11,157 bases of DNA from assembly GCA_963835575.1 (NCBI GenBank), contig CAWIGG010000001.1:1-11157 (forward strand). Reading direction: 5' to 3'. Below the pieces are notes generated by a model. It saw only the letters and a list, made by a program, of their open reading frames with translations, was not told the DNA's origin and did not search any database. The position numbers and the translations under genes were made by a program. Of the stretch, positions 7,911 to 11,157 are shown piece after piece; the stretch's first letter is position 1; each line of letters begins with the position of its first letter. Origin of the DNA: an uncultured Spirochaetota bacterium (lineage in GTDB: Bacteria; Spirochaetota; Brevinematia; Brevinematales; JAOACQ01).

Positions 7911-7944
7911 ATTATATATTCAAAAATAAATATTGTCAATATTT
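7911..7944 (-). promoter_or_regulatory. Consensus sigma70 promoter for the leftward operon with overlapping palindromic operator
   Basis: TTGACA (7939-7934), 17 nt, TATAAT (7916-7911); palindrome AAATATTG-T-CAATATTT (7928-7944) covers the -35. Confidence 0.7.
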
Positions 7945-7962
7945 TTTTCATGAGGTATAATG

Positions 7963-8631
7963 ATGATTCAGGAAAGATTGAAATACTTAAGAAAAGAATT
8001 GAAACTAACTCAAAAAGAATTGGCTGAAAAACTAGAATTGAACCAACAAACTTATACAAATTATGAATACGGAAAAAGAGATATTCCTAATATAATATTA
8101 GAAAAGATTGCTTCATTATTTGATATTAATTTGAATTGGTTGATTACTGGTATGGGTAGAATGAAAAATGAAAGTATATCAACAAAAACACCTTTATTCC
8201 ATACATATGATTTTTTTAATGATTTTGATAAATTATTACCGTTTATTGCAAATCCAGTTGCCCATTTGATTGTTGAATCCACACCTTCTTCTAATTATAA
8301 CCTTCCCTGTATAGTTTTAGAATCAATTGACTCAGGTGAATGGTATGTTTTTGAACGTGGTAGAATTTCAATACAAGGAACTGGAGGAGGTTATAATAAT
8401 CTTCTCATTTTATTATCAAAATTGAAAAAAAATAATATATCATTAGGTAAATGGACTTTATCACAAAAAATGATTTCCGACTTTGAGTCCGGTCAAATTT
8501 TATGGCCTGAAGTTAAAAAGAATGCTGTACCTCTATTTTCATTTATAAGCAATCAGGATGATTGGCAATCAATAATCAAATACTTTAAGGAAATTCTTAT
8601 AAAAGAGTACATTGTTGAAGAAAAAAAATAA
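7963..8631 (+). CDS. XRE/CI-like HTH repressor with uncharacterised C-terminal domain
   Basis: ERLKYLRKELKLTQKELAEKL...YTNYEYGKRDIP...INLNWLITGMG is a classic HTH_3/CI N-terminus. GAGGT at 7952-7956 favours ATG 7963 (7960 is possible). Confidence 0.88.
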   Translation: MIQERLKYLRKELKLTQKELAEKLELNQQTYTNYEYGKRDIPNIILEKIASLFDINLNWLITGMGRMKNESISTKTPLFHTYDFFNDFDKLLPFIANPVAHLIVESTPSSNYNLPCIVLESIDSGEWYVFERGRISIQGTGGGYNNLLILLSKLKKNNISLGKWTLSQKMISDFESGQILWPEVKKNAVPLFSFISNQDDWQSIIKYFKEILIKEYIVEEKK

Positions 8632-8731
8632 CATCCTTTGTTTCGTACGATACAATAATACTATTCGGGGGAATTTTACAACTTAAGATTAACGCTGATT
8701 ATTTCTGATTCCATTATTGCGGGGGGTTTTC

Positions 8732-9963
8732 GTGGCAAAAGGAATTTCCGAAACTAAAAACAATGGATCACTTGAAAGTAAGCTCTGGCAAGCCGCTGAC
8801 AAGCTCCGGAAAAATATGGACGCCGCCGAATACAAGCATATCGTTCTAGGTTTGATATTTTTAAAATACATATCCGACGCTTTTGAAACCCTTTATATAA
8901 AGCTTAAGGAAGGTAAAGGCGATTTCGAAGGCGCTGATCCAGAAGACCCTAATGAATACATGGCTGAAAAAGTCTTCTTTGTTCCTTCCATCGCCAGATG
9001 GAAAAACATTTCAAATAACGCTAAAAAAACTGAGATAATTCTGGAAAAAAGGAAGAAAACGGATATCGGCGGCTATCTCGATGAGGCGATGGAAGCCATT
9101 GAGAAACTGAACCCGTCGTTAAAAGGCGTTCTCCCGAAATCCTACGCCCTGCCCAACCTGGACAGGCAGAGCCTGGGCGGATTGATCGATCTGATCGGCT
9201 CGATAGAACTCGGTACAAAACAGGCACAGGAGCGTGACATTCTAGGCCAGGTATATGAATATTTCCTCGGCCAGTTCGCCCTAAAGGCGGCCAGTTTTAT
9301 ACCCCCAGAAGCGTTGTCAAAATTCTCGTCGAAATGCTTGAGCCTTATGAAGGCAGGGTATTCGACCCCTGCTGCGGGTCGGGCGGCATGTTTGTCCAGA
9401 GTGAAAAGTTTGTAAACTTTCACCGCGATCATTATAAAAAAAACGGTTCGAATGGCTTTGAGCTTAATCCATCCGACCGGATTTCAATTTTCGGCCAGGA
9501 ATCGAATCAGACGACTTGGCGGCTATGCAAGATGAACCTCGTCATCCGGGGCATCGACAGTACAAACATCAAATGGAACAATGAAGGCTCTTTCCTGAAT
9601 GATGCCCATAAAGACGTGAAGGCCGATTTTATCCTGGCCAACCCTCCTTTTAACGATTCCGACTGGAGCGGCGCTCTCTTGAAGGACGACGCCCGCTGGC
9701 AGTTCGGAAAGTCCCCTTTCAATAACGCGAACTACGCCTGGATACAGCATTTTATTTATCACACTTCACCATCCGGCATAGCCGGTTTTGTTCTGGCCAA
9801 AGGCTCGCTTACATCAAAAACAAGCGGCGAGGGGGAAATCCGCAAGAATATTATAGAAGCCGGCCTTCTGGACTGCATCGTCAACCTGCCGGCAAAACTC
9901 TTCCTGAATACGCAGATACCGGCCCAGTCCTTTGGATGTAACAATGAACATCATAAAAGTTAA
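8732..9963 (+). pseudogene. hsdM: Type I restriction-modification methyltransferase subunit, frameshifted and 3'-truncated
   Basis: [47 protein letters not shown], then in another frame [24 protein letters not shown]. Frameshift at 9282/9283; homology ends after NTQIPA (about 9924); GTG start at 8732 after a G-rich RBS. Confidence 0.9.
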
Positions 9964-9973
9964 TCCTCACACG

Positions 9974-10002
9974 TTGACTTTTGTACCGTACATCATTAAA
10001 AT
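9974..10002 (+). promoter_or_regulatory. sigma70-type promoter of the integrase gene (probably leaderless)
   Basis: TTGACT (9974-9979), 17 nt, TAAAAT (9997-10002); ATG 8 nt downstream with no Shine-Dalgarno (SD) sequence. Confidence 0.6.
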
Positions 10003-10010
10003 AAACGGCG

Positions 10011-11068
10011 ATGGCTGACAGATTTGAAATAAAAAAAGTTTCCGCGGCTCTCAACGGCGACTGCCTGATTGAATTGTCCATACCCCGTGCCCAGAGTCTT
10101 CTGCAGAAAGTACGCATGATCCCCGGCCGGAAATGGGACGCCGGTAAAAAAACCTGGCTGATCCCCGATACTCCGCAGGCGCGGCTTTTAATTGAGCAGT
10201 ATTTCGACGTTTCCATAAAGAACGCGGATGAAAATCCCGTTCAGGCCGCGATCGGGCGGGAAACCCGCATCCGCGGGTACAGCAGGAAAACAAAAGAATC
10301 GTATTCCAGGTATAATATTTCCATGCTGGAATATTTGAATAAGGCGCCGGAAGAGGTCAATTCGCAGGACATTAAAAATTACTTGGATTACCTGGCCGAT
10401 GAAAAGAAAGCCGCAGCTTCCACGCTCAACTGCGCCGTCAATGCCCTGAGGTTTTATTACGGAGTAATATTAGGGAAAGATTTTGTTTACCGGGTAAAGC
10501 GGGCAAAGAAAGATAAAAAGCTGCCGGCGATACTGAGCAAAGAGGAAGTAAAGGCCCTTATTGACAGTTACAAAAATATTAAACACAGGCTGATCATAAC
10601 CCTGATTTATTCCGCAGGACTCCGGTTATCCGAAGCGGTTAATATGCAGATAGCTGATATTGATAAAGAGCGGAAACTGATCCACATCCGGGCTTCTAAA
10701 AACAAGAAAGACCGTTATACCTTACTGTCCGATAATATCATGCCATTATTGAAAATGTATATCCAGAACTATCAGCCTCAGAATTGGCTTTTTGAGGGTC
10801 AGGGAAAAGGATTAAAAATCAGCGGCCGGACAGTTCAAGCAATTTTTCAACAGGGAATTATTAAAACCGGTATTAAGAAAAATGCGAGCGTTCACTCTTT
10901 GAAGCATTCTTTTGCAACGCATCTTCTTGAAAATGGAACGGATATTCGATATATACAAGAAATTCTTGGACACTAATCCAGTAAAACCACTGAGATTTAT
11001 ACCCATGTCCGGCGGAGAAAGACTTGAGAAAGATCATCAGCCCGTTAGATAGAATGGGAACGATATGA
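10011..11068 (+). pseudogene. Integron-integrase-like tyrosine recombinase with N-terminal HARP-like domain; inactivated
   Basis: SAM-like RGYSRKT..Y, KLPAILSKEEV, YSAGLRLSE, KNKKDR, HSLKHSFATHLLE, IRYIQEILGH. TAA at 10974-10976 precedes SSKTTEIYTHV; a frameshift near 11010 precedes KDLRKIISPLD...TGA 11066-11068. Confidence 0.85.
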
Positions 11069-11093
11069 CTGCGTGTTTTGTCCCGAATCGGAA

Positions 11094-11157
11094 GGATATA
11101 CGCAGTGCGGATATCCCTCTGAATTTGGGTAGTTATACGCATTGCGTATATAAAGAG
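11094..11157 (+). repeat. Two related palindromes after the integrase; candidate attI region
   Basis: GGATATACGCA-G-TGCGGATATCC (11094-11116) and TATACGCA-T-TGCGTATA (11134-11150); the window ends at TAAAGAG. Confidence 0.5.

Larger units (their letters stand above)
1494..8631. mobile_element. Core of a mobilisable plasmid/integrative element (repressor, xis-like, rep, MOBF relaxase, par)
   Basis: Gene content and co-orientation; boundaries and att sites were not identified, so coordinates are approximate. Confidence 0.65.

Noticed and set aside
7933..7961. Rightward promoter TTGTCA-17-TATAAT for the repressor
   Set aside because: Its -10 overlaps the start codons, so transcription would begin inside the ORF; it may be a by-product of the palindrome
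9334..9963. Independent 209-aa methyltransferase gene
   Set aside because: It is the out-of-frame continuation of hsdM; homology extends upstream of its ATG (KGGQFYTP)
10974..10976. Stop-codon reassignment or readthrough in the integrase
   Set aside because: TAA ends many genes in this window, and two further lesions nearby indicate decay
8689..11142. Minus-strand ORFs overlapping hsdM and the integrase
   Set aside because: Antisense shadow ORFs with no recognisable features

Overview
AT-rich bacterial window dominated by a probable mobilisable element. An XRE/CI-like repressor gene (+) is divergent from a long minus-strand operon: structured leader RNA, frameshifted Xis-like wHTH gene, phage-type replication initiator with internal palindromic iterons, MOBF (TrwC-like) relaxase-helicase, repeat-rich oriT-like spacer, RHH/coiled-coil protein, type Ib ParA plus RHH adaptor with a parS-like repeat array, then small cargo genes (TnpV-like, ankyrin, two hypotheticals). 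To the right are a decayed type I R-M hsdM gene (internal deletion, 3' truncation) and a decayed integron-integrase-like tyrosine recombinase with an N-terminal HARP-like domain, followed by attI-like palindromes at the window edge. The most unusual signal is a three-hairpin leader (7595-7740) whose first loop is exactly complementary to the loop of an intrinsic terminator just upstream of the xis/rep operon. All family assignments come from motif recognition by eye; no searches were run.
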